This document shows positions 17,735-28,068 of a stretch of DNA of 64,000 bases, piece after piece. Within the stretch, counting starts at the first letter, position 1. The number at the start of each line of letters is the position of its first letter. The position numbers were made by a program, and so were the translations under genes. Source of the DNA: Minisyncoccia bacterium (lineage in GTDB: Bacteria > Patescibacteriota > Minisyncoccia > Phycocordibacterales > UBA2100); the NCBI GenBank assembly GCA_049297775.1, contig JBAQUX010000024.1, positions 9,162 to 73,161 on the forward strand, read 5' to 3'. Under the pieces are notes generated by a model. That model was not told the DNA's origin. It did no database searches and saw only the letters and a list, made by a program, of their open reading frames with translations.

Positions 17735-19261
17735 ATGAAAAAACCTTCTGAACCTAACCCACATGAAAAAATTGGGTATCTTATAAAAGAGTTGAGACAG
17801 CGTAAAAATCTTACTCAGAGCGAGTTTGCTACGCTATTAAAGACTTCGCAAAGCGCTGTTGCTCGTATCGAAAAAGGTGACCAGAACCTTTCGACCGAGC
17901 AAATACTTAAGATTAGTGATGTTCTCAATCATCGCATCATGAGTATTAAGGAAGGCACTGATTTTCAAGTAATCGGAGGGAAAAAGCTTCATGGCTCATT
18001 TGAGGTAAACACATCTAAGAACGGTGCACTTGGGCTCATGTGTGGGGCGCTTGTAAACAAGGGGACGACAACACTGCACGGTATACCACGAATTGAGGAG
18101 ATAGCTCGCATGGTTGAAGTGTTGCGAAGTATTGGCGTAACGATTGAATATGTGGGTGAACATACACTTCGTATTACCCCGCCAAAGAAATTCAACTTTA
18201 GTGGTATGGCAGTGGCATCGGCGCAAAAAATGCGCTCAATCGTGACCACGATTGGCGCTTTGATTCATACAGAAAAACGCTTTGCGATACCGCATGCGGG
18301 TGGATGTAATATGGGCGAAAGAACCATTGAGGCTCACAAGCACGCATTACGCGCACTGGGCGTATCAATTGAAACGAAGCATGATGAGTACGTCATTTCA
18401 CATACAACACTTGAACCGGCTACTATAATAATGTTTGAAGCAAGCGATACAGCGGCAATTAGCGCACTCCTTGCCTCTGCACGTGTTCCCGGGGTTACTA
18501 CTATTAAGTATGCACCTCCAAATTATATGGTCCAAGACGTTTGCTTCTTGCTTGAGAGATTGGGAGTTAGTATTGAAGGAATTGGCTCGACAACTTTAAA
18601 GGTGCATGGCGTTGCGGACATTGACATGAATGTCGAGCATTACAATAGTGAGGATCCTGTTGAGGCGATGATGTGTCTCTCTGCCGCTGCAACAACTAAT
18701 TCAAAGTTAACTATCACACGTGCACCGATTGAGTTTCTTGAAGTTGAATTGCTTAAGCTCGAATACATGGGTCTTAAGTTTTCTGTGTCAAAGCCATACA
18801 TGGCAAAAAATGAAAGAACAACACTTGTAGATATTACAACCCTCCCATCCTCTCTAGTCGCTTCGCCAGTTAAGATTCACCCGCTTCCCTACCCGGGCCT
18901 CAATATTGATAACTTGCCTTTTTTTGTACCCATCGCATCTCAGGCAGAAGGAACTACGCTCATTCATGATTGGACATGGGAAAATAGAGCGATTTACTTC
19001 ACAGAATTGAACCGTTTGGGCGCAGATGTTCGCCTTGCAGACCCGCATCGCGTATTTGTCACCGGACCTCGTGCATTAAAGGGTGCTCAGGTGGTATCTC
19101 CTCCCGCTCTTCGGCCGGCGATGATAGTACTTATTGCCATGCTGGCGGCAGAAGGGACTTCAATCCTCAGAAATGTCTATTCTATTGAAAGAGGATATGA
19201 GCGTATTGCTGAGAGACTTTCAGCAATTGGTGCTAAAGTTGACGTTATAAAGGATTTGTGA
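17735..19261 (+). CDS. murA: UDP-N-acetylglucosamine 1-carboxyvinyltransferase with N-terminal XRE-type helix-turn-helix extension
   Basis: 508 aa; residues 1-65 resemble an XRE-family HTH (LTQSEFATLLKTSQSAVARIEKG); remainder is the EPSP-synthase fold with the catalytic-Cys context HAGGCNMGERT. Confidence 0.8.
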   Translation: MKKPSEPNPHEKIGYLIKELRQRKNLTQSEFATLLKTSQSAVARIEKGDQNLSTEQILKISDVLNHRIMSIKEGTDFQVIGGKKLHGSFEVNTSKNGALGLMCGALVNKGTTTLHGIPRIEEIARMVEVLRSIGVTIEYVGEHTLRITPPKKFNFSGMAVASAQKMRSIVTTIGALIHTEKRFAIPHAGGCNMGERTIEAHKHALRALGVSIETKHDEYVISHTTLEPATIIMFEASDTAAISALLASARVPGVTTIKYAPPNYMVQDVCFLLERLGVSIEGIGSTTLKVHGVADIDMNVEHYNSEDPVEAMMCLSAAATTNSKLTITRAPIEFLEVELLKLEYMGLKFSVSKPYMAKNERTTLVDITTLPSSLVASPVKIHPLPYPGLNIDNLPFFVPIASQAEGTTLIHDWTWENRAIYFTELNRLGADVRLADPHRVFVTGPRALKGAQVVSPPALRPAMIVLIAMLAAEGTSILRNVYSIERGYERIAERLSAIGAKVDVIKDL

Positions 19262-19447
19262 CCTAAAATTGCCGAGTCATAGACATTTCATGGTATCCAC
19301 AGTACCCTTCTTTGGCTATGGTACGTCCTGGTAGACAGGCTACAATAGATGAAGGTCCAATGAAGTCATCCAAAATTTCTGAATGATAGTCACGATTGAA
19401 AGAGAGTTTACTCTTAACACATACGTATTTTAAGTTCACAACATAAT

Positions 19448-20506
19448 TTGAAGCCCTCAATAGGAGGAAATCGAAACAAGAATAGCTCATCATGGGTACT
19501 TGTTTCTATTACATTACTTATTAGTGTAATTCTTCCACAGAGGTCAGACGCAGCGGTACTAAGCCGTATTTTAGATGTATTAAAGAGCGACCCGATTATC
19601 TATAAGTCTGGAAGTGACTATACGTCACAGAATATGCCTATTCTGAAGCCTTCACGAAATATTGACCCACTCGCTGTTGGCGGCGGCGATGTAACCATAG
19701 TAAGCGACTCCGCGCTCGTGTCTGAGGTGGGTCCCGCTGGAACAATTGCTGACATTACTGAAGGCAACAAGCATGGCGAGATAAGTACCTATACAGTAGA
19801 GAAAGGAGATACTATCCAAGGAATTGCCAAAGAATTCGATGTTTCAGTAAATACTATTAAGTGGGCAAACGACCTTAAGTCGGACAAGCTCAAGGTAGGG
19901 CAAGAATTGGTCATCCTCCCTATCACTGGCGTGCGGTACACTATTAAGAGAGGTGGCACGATACGAGATATTGTTAAGAAGTATGGTGGTGATGTAGAAG
20001 AGGTTGCGCTATATAACGGTGTTGACGCTGATGAGGAGTTAAGTGCTGGTACAGAGGTTATCGTACCTCATGGAGAAGTTATTGTACCAATTGTCGCTCC
20101 TAAGGTTAAAAAAGTTTCGTTGACTAGTAAGCCTCATAATGTTGGCGGACCAAATTACTTAGGTTATTTCGTTCACCCGCTCAACTATATGGGAGTAAAA
20201 ACTCAAGGTGTTCACGGGTGGAACGCTGTGGATCTAGGTGCGCCAGTAGGAACTCCAATTATAGCTGCCGCAGCCGGTACTGTAGTTATCTCAAAACAGC
20301 CAGGCTGGAATGGCGGGTACGGAGCCTATGTTGTCATTAGACATGGTAATGGTACGCAGACACTCTATGCACACATGTCATCAAATTTGAGCAGTGTTGG
20401 CCAAGACGTCTATCAAGGACAAACAATTGGATATGTAGGAAACACAGGAAAGTCTACAGGACCACATCTTCACTTTGAGGTGCGTGGTGCCTCTAACCCG
20501 TTTTAG
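19448..20506 (+). CDS. LysM domain-containing M23 family metallopeptidase
   Basis: 352 aa; signal peptide; LysM (YTVEKGDTIQGIAKEFDVSVNTIKWAN); M23 motifs HxxxD...YAHMS...HLHFEV. Confidence 0.8.
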   Translation: MKPSIGGNRNKNSSSWVLVSITLLISVILPQRSDAAVLSRILDVLKSDPIIYKSGSDYTSQNMPILKPSRNIDPLAVGGGDVTIVSDSALVSEVGPAGTIADITEGNKHGEISTYTVEKGDTIQGIAKEFDVSVNTIKWANDLKSDKLKVGQELVILPITGVRYTIKRGGTIRDIVKKYGGDVEEVALYNGVDADEELSAGTEVIVPHGEVIVPIVAPKVKKVSLTSKPHNVGGPNYLGYFVHPLNYMGVKTQGVHGWNAVDLGAPVGTPIIAAAAGTVVISKQPGWNGGYGAYVVIRHGNGTQTLYAHMSSNLSSVGQDVYQGQTIGYVGNTGKSTGPHLHFEVRGASNPF

Positions 20507-20533
20507 GAAGGTATAGTAGTGTATTATAGTCGG

Positions 20534-22081
20534 CTAAAATTTAGCTCTATATTGGAGTGCTTCAAGGATATGTGCATCTTCTATACTTTTACTTCCGTCA
20601 AGATCTGCAATGGTTCGTGCAAGTCGTAATACGCGGTGCGTACCACGTGGCGAGAGATTTAGGGTAGTTGCCGCTTGTTTCAAGATGCCCTTTTGTGCAT
20701 CAGTCACTGATATGTATGACAGTAGTCGCTTGGCGCCGAGGGCGCTATTTGTTTTAAATGATTCTTTCGAAAATCGCTTCTGTTGCGACTGACGAGCTCC
20801 GTGAATAATTTTACGTGCACTAGCAGTCTCTGCTGTACTCACTTTCCTATTCTCGAATAATGCGTCGTGTGGTGTAGCAGTTACTTCAATCCACATATCA
20901 ATTCTATCGAGAATCGGCCCAGATATTTTTTGCTTATACTTTTGTGTTGCAAGTGGAGAACAGGTACAGTGAGGCCCCTCACCGTATCCGCAGGGGCATG
21001 GGTTCATTGCTGCAACCAAAATGAATCGTGACGGAAACGTCACTGAACCCTTCGCGCGGGCGATGGATATGACCCCGTCTTCAAGTGGTTGACGTAAGGA
21101 GTTTATAACTCGCTTATCAAATTCAGGAAATTCATCAAGGAAAAGTACGCCATGGTGCGCGAGGGTAATTTCACCTGGCTTAGGTATTGTTCCTCCCCCG
21201 ACGAGTGCAACATATGAACTGGTGTGGTGAGGGGAGCGTATTGGGGGCAAGACATCTGTACAAGCACGTTCAACGCCTGCAACAGAGTGTATGCTGTGCA
21301 CACGGAGCATTTCTTCAAAAGTAAGTTCGGGAATGATAGATGCAAGAGCTGATGCGAGCATGGTTTTACCTGTTCCTGGTGGACCATAAAATGCAATATT
21401 GTGCCCGCCAGCAGCGGCAATCATCAGACCGCGCTTCGCATGTTCTTGGCCGCGAATATCATCTAAATTAGCATCAGTTTTTGTAACGTCTTTTTTCTGC
21501 TGGACTTTTTTCGCTTGAATGAGGGGCCGCTTTTCCTTGTGTATCGGCGTATCATTTGGGAGTACGTTAATGTGATCAACGAGTTCTGAAAGGTTACTAT
21601 ATCCATATACAGCAATTCCTTCAATAAGCGCTCCCTCTTCGGCGTTTTCCATCGGTACATATACTTCCTTTATTCCTGCCTGCAACGCAGTCTTTACAAT
21701 CGGAAGGACTCCGTGCACTGGTCGCACGGCACCGTCTAGCCCAAGTTCTCCCACAAAAAGTTTATCTGAAGTTTCAAAAGATATTTCCTCCGATGCGAGT
21801 AGGTACGCTAATGCAATGGGTGTATCAAAGAGTGCACCCTCTTTTTTTATATGTGCTGGAGCAAGAGAAATGACAACTTTTTTATTTGAATGTTTTGGAG
21901 ACGAAAAGCCACTATTTTTTAACGCTGATCCCACACGATCACGTGCTTCTTCAACTGCCTTGTCTGGAAGTCCTACTATTGAGAATGCATGAAGCCCGTG
22001 AGAGTAATCAGCTTCGACTGTAATAAGATGCGCATCAAGTAGTTTTGGTTGAGCACTGAGTACTTTTCCAAAATGTTTCAT
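20534..22081 (-). CDS. comM: YifB/ComM family Mg-chelatase-like AAA+ ATPase
   Basis: 515 aa; N-terminal Lon-like domain, Walker A GPPGTGKTMLA, C-terminal ChlI-type region. Confidence 0.85.
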   Translation of the reverse strand: MKHFGKVLSAQPKLLDAHLITVEADYSHGLHAFSIVGLPDKAVEEARDRVGSALKNSGFSSPKHSNKKVVISLAPAHIKKEGALFDTPIALAYLLASEEISFETSDKLFVGELGLDGAVRPVHGVLPIVKTALQAGIKEVYVPMENAEEGALIEGIAVYGYSNLSELVDHINVLPNDTPIHKEKRPLIQAKKVQQKKDVTKTDANLDDIRGQEHAKRGLMIAAAGGHNIAFYGPPGTGKTMLASALASIIPELTFEEMLRVHSIHSVAGVERACTDVLPPIRSPHHTSSYVALVGGGTIPKPGEITLAHHGVLFLDEFPEFDKRVINSLRQPLEDGVISIARAKGSVTFPSRFILVAAMNPCPCGYGEGPHCTCSPLATQKYKQKISGPILDRIDMWIEVTATPHDALFENRKVSTAETASARKIIHGARQSQQKRFSKESFKTNSALGAKRLLSYISVTDAQKGILKQAATTLNLSPRGTHRVLRLARTIADLDGSKSIEDAHILEALQYRAKF

Positions 22082-22090
22082 ATCTATATA

Positions 22091-22450
22091 CTAACTATGC
22101 TCAATACATGTCCGCGCTGCAATATTCGCATGCAAACGTTTTTCTGAGATTTTCTTGTTACAGACAACGCACATTCCATACGTGCCATTCTCGAGCGCCT
22201 TAAGAGCCTCTTCTAAATCTTTATACCGAGCTTTCAGTTCAATAATTACTGCCTTGTTATTTTCTTGTGCGGTATCAAAATCCCCCATTTCGTTCATATC
22301 AGCAGGTTCTGGTGTGATGTCTGTTGGTGCTGATGCAATCCAAATACCATGTTCTGTCGGGTACAGATGCCCGATGTCGGTGAGCTCAAGTTCTACCACA
22401 TGCAATTCCTGAAGAAGTATTCGGTGCGTATGTGCGTAATAATCATTCAT
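22091..22450 (-). CDS. DksA/TraR-family zinc-finger protein (putative)
   Basis: 119 aa; coiled-coil then C-terminal CVVCNKKI...CIEH zinc-finger-like motif. Confidence 0.5.
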   Translation of the reverse strand: MNDYYAHTHRILLQELHVVELELTDIGHLYPTEHGIWIASAPTDITPEPADMNEMGDFDTAQENNKAVIIELKARYKDLEEALKALENGTYGMCVVCNKKISEKRLHANIAARTCIEHS

Positions 22451-22510
22451 ATATGTATTCTACCTTAAATTTAAGGAACCGTAGTAGATTCTGTGGACGA
22501 GTGGCAAAAA

Positions 22511-23878
22511 TTACATTTGTGAACCAACTGCATTACTCGTCCGTGCATGTAAGCGGAGCGCAATTTCCTTTATTGTAAAAATATTATTTGTAATCACGAT
22601 AACGTTTTGCTCAAGTACCGCATACACTATTCGTACTTTTTTGTTTTGTGTACGCAATACCCGTGCGTCAATATTATCTAGTGAGATATCGCTGAATTGA
22701 GGTACTTCTGACTGTGCAGCGGTTCCTCCTCGAGAAGGGAAAAATGGTGAAAGGTCTTGCGGTAGTGCGCCTTCCCATGCAAGCATCCCGGCGAGCGCAC
22801 CCTCATACGATGTACCAAGCAGTAAGATGAATGGCGCATTTTCATCGGTTGTATGTACGCCTACCATATATCCGCTTGACATATTTCTGGTCAGCTCTTT
22901 AGGGAGGCGAGGTTTTGCAATCTTAAAAAAGTCTTCGAGAGTTGCGAGTCGAGATACAAATCCTTGGCTTTCAGCGCTAAAATCTCTGGTAATGAGTAGA
23001 ATATTAGTAATTGAACCTATTGTTGCAGGAACCGTTTCTCGTATCCGCGCCAATCCTCCGAGAAGTTCGTATGACTCAAGATCATGCACGTCAAATTTCT
23101 GTTCGTGCTCATAAAAAATAAGAGCGTTGTTTTTCTTTACTTGTTCAACGCCCACTTGACGCTCCGCCTCCTTTATTGATTGTGCGTAAAAGACTGCGCC
23201 GAGCGCAATTGCGCCAAGTGCAAAAAAAAGAAAACTCACTAAATATATCCCCGCATTCGATGTGTTGTGTGCGGCCGTGATTGCACCCCGCTTGTTGATG
23301 GTTTCTGCTGTCGCATTTTTATCGCTCTCAAGTGCTACGGCTCTAATGAGAGATACTTTCCTATCTTTGACTAAATCTTGCACATCATATTTTAATGAAT
23401 GCATAATTGAGCCTTTCGGTGCTTCGTGTGTCGCGTCAGATGTGGTTTTGCCAGGAATTGGTGTAGTTTCAACACTAAGTCCGGTACCTTCTACAACTTT
23501 CTCGCGATATCCAATATATTGTTCCTGAAGAGAGGGTGTATGTTCAAGTGGGGCCGCTTCAATATGCACGGTTGCAGCTATATCATCCTTTCCCGTGTTT
23601 AGGTCTGCGACTGCGTCAGCAAGAGATCGTTGTGGGTGTATTTCTTGCGCACTGTCTTGCACAGTTTGCATAGTGCGTGAAATATCTGCACTCATGCTGT
23701 GCACATAACTCTTCGGCTTTGTTTTAGCCAGCATATCTGCTGCCTTTGCCTCTTCAGATTTAGTAAGACTTACGCCAGTTGTAGCAAGAATCTCTTCAGA
23801 AAGTCGTTTGGCACGAGCTTCATCACTCGTAAACGTTGAAGAAAAATTTTGTTTATTGTCGTCCTGTTGATCCACCAT
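22511..23878 (-). CDS. hypothetical single-pass membrane protein
   Basis: 455 aa; central TM helix IYLVSFLFFALGAIALGAVFY; overlaps pnp 3' end by 26 nt. Confidence 0.55.
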   Translation of the reverse strand: MVDQQDDNKQNFSSTFTSDEARAKRLSEEILATTGVSLTKSEEAKAADMLAKTKPKSYVHSMSADISRTMQTVQDSAQEIHPQRSLADAVADLNTGKDDIAATVHIEAAPLEHTPSLQEQYIGYREKVVEGTGLSVETTPIPGKTTSDATHEAPKGSIMHSLKYDVQDLVKDRKVSLIRAVALESDKNATAETINKRGAITAAHNTSNAGIYLVSFLFFALGAIALGAVFYAQSIKEAERQVGVEQVKKNNALIFYEHEQKFDVHDLESYELLGGLARIRETVPATIGSITNILLITRDFSAESQGFVSRLATLEDFFKIAKPRLPKELTRNMSSGYMVGVHTTDENAPFILLLGTSYEGALAGMLAWEGALPQDLSPFFPSRGGTAAQSEVPQFSDISLDNIDARVLRTQNKKVRIVYAVLEQNVIVITNNIFTIKEIALRLHARTSNAVGSQM

Positions 23879-26042
23879 GCTCGGTTCGTGGCGCTGGGTT
23901 TAGGCCTTTTTTAAGTGCAAATTCTGGGTCTGCAGCTTTAATTGAAAGACGAATTCTTTTACGCTCATCGATATCTACAATCATAACAGGTACCTTCTCT
24001 CCAAGCGATAGCGCCTTGTTAACTTGGTCAATCCTAAATGGAGCAATTTCTGAAATGTGGACCATACCTTCAGTCTTTCCGGCGAGTCGGACGAATGCAC
24101 CAAAATCTTCAATACGAGTTACTTCACCTACAAACTTATCACCGACGGCGTACTCTCGTGTGAGTGCCTCTACCATCTCACGTGCACGCTGCGCCGATCC
24201 ATTAGTTCCCGTAATAAATATAGTACCGTCCTCTTCAATCGTAATATCAGAAACCTTAGATTCATCGCGGATACCATTAATACTCTTCCCTCCAGGACCA
24301 ATGACAAGACCAATTTGCTCCACCTTAATTTTCATAGTAAGTATTTCCGGTGCTCTGCCACTTATAGCTTGTCGTGGTTGTGGAATTGCTGTAGTTATCG
24401 CCTCAAGTATTTGCAATCTTGCTTTTTTTGCTTGAACAAATGCTTCACTGAGCACCTTAAGTGGGATGCCATCTACTTTTACGTCCATCTGTACGCCGGT
24501 GACACCCTCTGTTGTACCAGCCACTTTAAAGTCCATATCACCATGGTGATCTTCAGGTCCTTGGATATCAGTGAGAACCTTGTATCGTGCGCCAGGATTA
24601 TTCAGAAATGATTCACTCATTAATCCCATTGCAATTCCGGCAACGGGACGAGAGATTGGCACGCCCGCATCCATGAGTGCGATTGTTGATGCGCACACGC
24701 TTCCCATTGAGGTAGATCCATTTGATGCAACACACTCTGACACAATGCGTATCGTGTAGGGGAAAATCTCCTTTGCTGGAAGAACTGCAGAGAGTGATTT
24801 TTCCGCAAGCGCACCATGACCAATCATTCGTCTGTTTGTGCCACCAACACGCCCTGCTTCTCCGACAGAGTATGGAGGGAAATTATAGTGATGCATAAAT
24901 CTTTTCTTCTTGCCACGTGATTCCATGCTATCTATCAGCTGCGCATCTCCGGGGCCTCCAAGTGTTAGTACGGAAAGTACGTGTGTTGCGCCTCGATAAA
25001 AAATACCGGTCCCATGGAGTACTGGTGATATGCCACCAGCCCGACCAAAAAGCGGGCGAACCTCTTCGAATCCACGGCCATCAGCACGTCTATTATTCGA
25101 CATAGCTTCTTCGTGGATGTATGCGTCAACAACGTGTTCGTAGTAATGGTCAGCAAGCTTGATTGCATCAGGATTTTGTTCAGAAACAATTTTTAAAAAT
25201 TCTTTCTTTAATATACCGATACGCTTCTTCCCCAGTGTACCGTCTGTTACGCCGAATACCGCGTCTTCAAGCTTTGGTTTAATCTCGCTAGTGAATAGTT
25301 GTATAACTTCCTCTGGCGTAGACTTTTCTTCAATAACAATTTTCTGTTTTCCGATTTCTCTGATGATTGCCTCCTGCCATTTTTGAAGTGTTGTGTGTAT
25401 TTCTGCTGACTGCGAAAGTCCCTGCATGAGTATGTCTTCACCCACTTCTCTACTACCTACTTCAATCATGTTTATCATCCCGTCCTTTCCACAAGCGAGC
25501 AAATCAAGATTAGATACGTCGTCTGATTTTTCATCATATGTGGGATTTACAATGAGTGTCGAAGTACCGATTTTTTGTCCGATACGTACAGCGCCTACAG
25601 GTCCATTCCACGGGATTGGAGAAACAGAGAGTGCAAGAGATGCACCAATGATGCCAAGCACATCAGCATCATCTGCGCCTAGTGCCAGAACTGTAATAAT
25701 AACTTGTACTTCACGTCGCAGTGATTGGTTGAAAAGAGGACGTATTGTTCTGTCAACGACGCGTCCTGAGAGGATGCCCTCATCTGAGGGTCGTCCTTCG
25801 CGACGAATAAATTGACTGCCAAGTATTGCGCCTGCTGCATAAAATCGCTCCTCAAACTCTACTGAAAGTGGAAAGTAGTCTAATCCTTGCTTCTCCTCAC
25901 CCATCACAGCTGTCGCAAGTACCACTGATTCCCCATATGTAAGCATCACTGAGCCATGTGCCTGGTCTGCTAGATCATTAAATTCTGCGGTAAGAGTGCG
26001 ACCACCAATGTCTACGGTATACTTTTTTTGTTCCATAATCAC
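23853..26042 (-). CDS. pnp: polyribonucleotide nucleotidyltransferase (PNPase)
   Basis: 729 aa; two RNase PH domains, KH and S1 domains (GDKFVGEVTRIEDFGAFVRL); start at 26042 is GTG, alternative ATG three codons in. Confidence 0.9.
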   Translation of the reverse strand: MIMEQKKYTVDIGGRTLTAEFNDLADQAHGSVMLTYGESVVLATAVMGEEKQGLDYFPLSVEFEERFYAAGAILGSQFIRREGRPSDEGILSGRVVDRTIRPLFNQSLRREVQVIITVLALGADDADVLGIIGASLALSVSPIPWNGPVGAVRIGQKIGTSTLIVNPTYDEKSDDVSNLDLLACGKDGMINMIEVGSREVGEDILMQGLSQSAEIHTTLQKWQEAIIREIGKQKIVIEEKSTPEEVIQLFTSEIKPKLEDAVFGVTDGTLGKKRIGILKKEFLKIVSEQNPDAIKLADHYYEHVVDAYIHEEAMSNNRRADGRGFEEVRPLFGRAGGISPVLHGTGIFYRGATHVLSVLTLGGPGDAQLIDSMESRGKKKRFMHHYNFPPYSVGEAGRVGGTNRRMIGHGALAEKSLSAVLPAKEIFPYTIRIVSECVASNGSTSMGSVCASTIALMDAGVPISRPVAGIAMGLMSESFLNNPGARYKVLTDIQGPEDHHGDMDFKVAGTTEGVTGVQMDVKVDGIPLKVLSEAFVQAKKARLQILEAITTAIPQPRQAISGRAPEILTMKIKVEQIGLVIGPGGKSINGIRDESKVSDITIEEDGTIFITGTNGSAQRAREMVEALTREYAVGDKFVGEVTRIEDFGAFVRLAGKTEGMVHISEIAPFRIDQVNKALSLGEKVPVMIVDIDERKRIRLSIKAADPEFALKKGLNPAPRTEHGGSTGRQ

Positions 26043-26166
26043 AAATTTATAAGCACTTTTGTGATAAAAGTGCCCTTGTGATCTTCAAGTTTCAGATTGA
26101 GTTATTTCTCAAGCTGCCTACCTAAAGATCACTGAATAATGAATCTACTCTAGCGCAGAAACAATT

Positions 26167-26952
26167 TTATGCAACGGGGTATGTACGCACTTTCTGCACG
26201 AGAGTGTCGTACGGAAGTGGTAGAAGCAATTCTTGGTCCTGCTTGGGCAGTCTTTTGTGAAGAAATAAACGGCGCGTATTGTTTTGATAGAATGCGTCTG
26301 TCTGCGACGGGTCTGTTTTTGGCCCCTGTATTACCGAAGGTTTAAAGCCTAATTTTCGAGTAAGATGGTTGCCGATGATGCTGATACTCTCAATATAATC
26401 ATCTTTTTGAGTCGCTACGTTTTGCGGTTTTGCATCTGGCGTTGTTCGCACGCCAGGCTTATTAAATATATTTCCGCCAAAAAATACACAATCGATTGTC
26501 TTCGGGGCGGCATATTTAATGAGTGCGCCCAGTCGAACTTGTAGCGCTCGCATGAAAATATCATGGTGTGTTTGGTCAAAGAGGGTATATGGGTTTACAT
26601 GAAACGTGAAGGATATGTTCTCTCCTGTCTCAGTTGATGCTGATATCACACATCCAATACAATTCAGCAGGTACGGCATTTCAATATTGTGTGAACCAAC
26701 CCCAGTTATAATAAATGCTCCATTCTGACTAGTAGTTTTCTCCGCACTACTTAAAGTATCGGGAAAGTTTGAGGGAGCATTTTTCCAATCAATGTGCTCG
26801 TACACGCCTCCTTTGCGAAGATCTGCAACCGCAAGCGCGTATGCAATATCAGCAGTAGCCTCTCTATCGTTTGCCTCATACGTATACGAGCATAACTGTA
26901 TCGGCTTAACTTCTGGGCGCATTGGTGGCTCTGAAAGTATTCCCTCCTTCAT
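26167..26952 (-). CDS. hypothetical protein (inserted between rpsO and pnp)
   Basis: 261 aa ORF with protein-like composition; no family recognised. Confidence 0.5.
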   Translation of the reverse strand: MKEGILSEPPMRPEVKPIQLCSYTYEANDREATADIAYALAVADLRKGGVYEHIDWKNAPSNFPDTLSSAEKTTSQNGAFIITGVGSHNIEMPYLLNCIGCVISASTETGENISFTFHVNPYTLFDQTHHDIFMRALQVRLGALIKYAAPKTIDCVFFGGNIFNKPGVRTTPDAKPQNVATQKDDYIESISIIGNHLTRKLGFKPSVIQGPKTDPSQTDAFYQNNTRRLFLHKRLPKQDQELLLPLPYDTLVQKVRTYPVA

Positions 26953-26969
26953 AATGCTTAGATATATTC

Positions 26970-27587
26970 CTATTGTCGCTCGTTCTCACGCTCAGTGGGT
27001 GTAGTGCGACGGGTCCTATCTGTAGGACCATGAGCGGGCCGCTTTTTTGGAACTTCGCGCTTCCCGTTCCACGTATGCGCATGTCCCAAAAGGTATCTTC
27101 GCGGATCTGCGTCCATATCAATAAAATCATCAGCAACCTCCTTTAATTTTTGTGATGTGGAGCGACCAAAAGATATAACTTCTACCTGACAGCCTTCGTG
27201 AATCTGAAGATATTCCACTAGTGGTATAAAATCTCCGTCCCCCGTCGCAAGTATCACGGTGTCGACTTTCGGTGATGCTGCAATTGCATCAACAGCCATA
27301 CCAACATCCCAGTCAGCCTTTTTGGATCCGCTAGAAAATATTTGCAAATCTTTCGTCTTGATTTCGATGCCTACTTTCTCCAGTGCTTCAAAGAATGGCC
27401 GCTCTTCCCCACTTTCTGTGTTAACCACGTATGCTCGCGCACGAATGAGCTGACGTCCTGCAACGGCATCTGTGAGTACGGCGCCAAAATTTATCTTTGC
27501 ATTATGTAGGTTTCGTGCGGTGTGGTAAAGGTTTTGAGTATCAATGAATACAGCAACTCGCTGACTCGTGTGTTTAATGACTGACAT
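26970..27587 (-). CDS. NYN-domain (LabA/DUF88-like) predicted nuclease
   Basis: 205 aa; VAVFIDTQNLYH...ILATGDGDFIPLV pattern of NYN/LabA-like PIN-related domains. Confidence 0.7.
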   Translation of the reverse strand: MSVIKHTSQRVAVFIDTQNLYHTARNLHNAKINFGAVLTDAVAGRQLIRARAYVVNTESGEERPFFEALEKVGIEIKTKDLQIFSSGSKKADWDVGMAVDAIAASPKVDTVILATGDGDFIPLVEYLQIHEGCQVEVISFGRSTSQKLKEVADDFIDMDADPRRYLLGHAHTWNGKREVPKKRPAHGPTDRTRRTTPTERENERQ

Positions 27588-27690
27588 AAAATAAATATGT
27601 ATTTAGAATAAAATTGTGTATGAAAAAAGAGTAGCTCACTAAAGTGTACCACACAGTGGCACAGTATATGTTTAAAAAGTATCGTAATTG

Positions 27691-27957
27691 CTATTTCTTG
27701 AGCGCAAGCTTCTTAACCAAAGAGTTATGAGCTTTCATGTCAGTGTTCTTCAAATATGCAAGGTGGCGTCTGCGGTCAGCTACCATCTGGAGGAGTCCTC
27801 GGCGTGAGTGAGCGTCCTTCTTGTTTTTCTTTAAGTGTGTTGCAAGTGCGTCAATCTGTTTTGAAAGCATTGCTACTTGAGCCTCAGGAGATCCTGTATC
27901 AGTGTCATGACGCTGAACTGGCTTTATTGCTATAGTTTTCTGTCTCTTGGTTAACAT
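27691..27957 (-). CDS. rpsO: 30S ribosomal protein S15
   Basis: 88 aa; HLKKNKKDAHSRRGLLQMVADRRRHLAYLK is canonical S15. Confidence 0.9.
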   Translation of the reverse strand: MLTKRQKTIAIKPVQRHDTDTGSPEAQVAMLSKQIDALATHLKKNKKDAHSRRGLLQMVADRRRHLAYLKNTDMKAHNSLVKKLALKK

Positions 27958-28068
27958 GGGGGGATACTAGCATGACTTGACTCACTTTGCAAGTTGTAGT
28001 CTAGGCTATTGGCTCTATATGGCCGAGAGTGCATATGGTTCGGCTTGATACCCAAGGATTTTGAATCA

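Noticed and set aside
19263-19493. 76 aa minus-strand ORF
   Set aside because: It overlaps the signal-peptide start of the LysM-M23 peptidase and has no recognisable features.
23836-24435. 199 aa and other plus-strand ORFs inside pnp (also 24057-24611, 25393-25815)
   Set aside because: They are antisense to a highly conserved PNPase reading frame.
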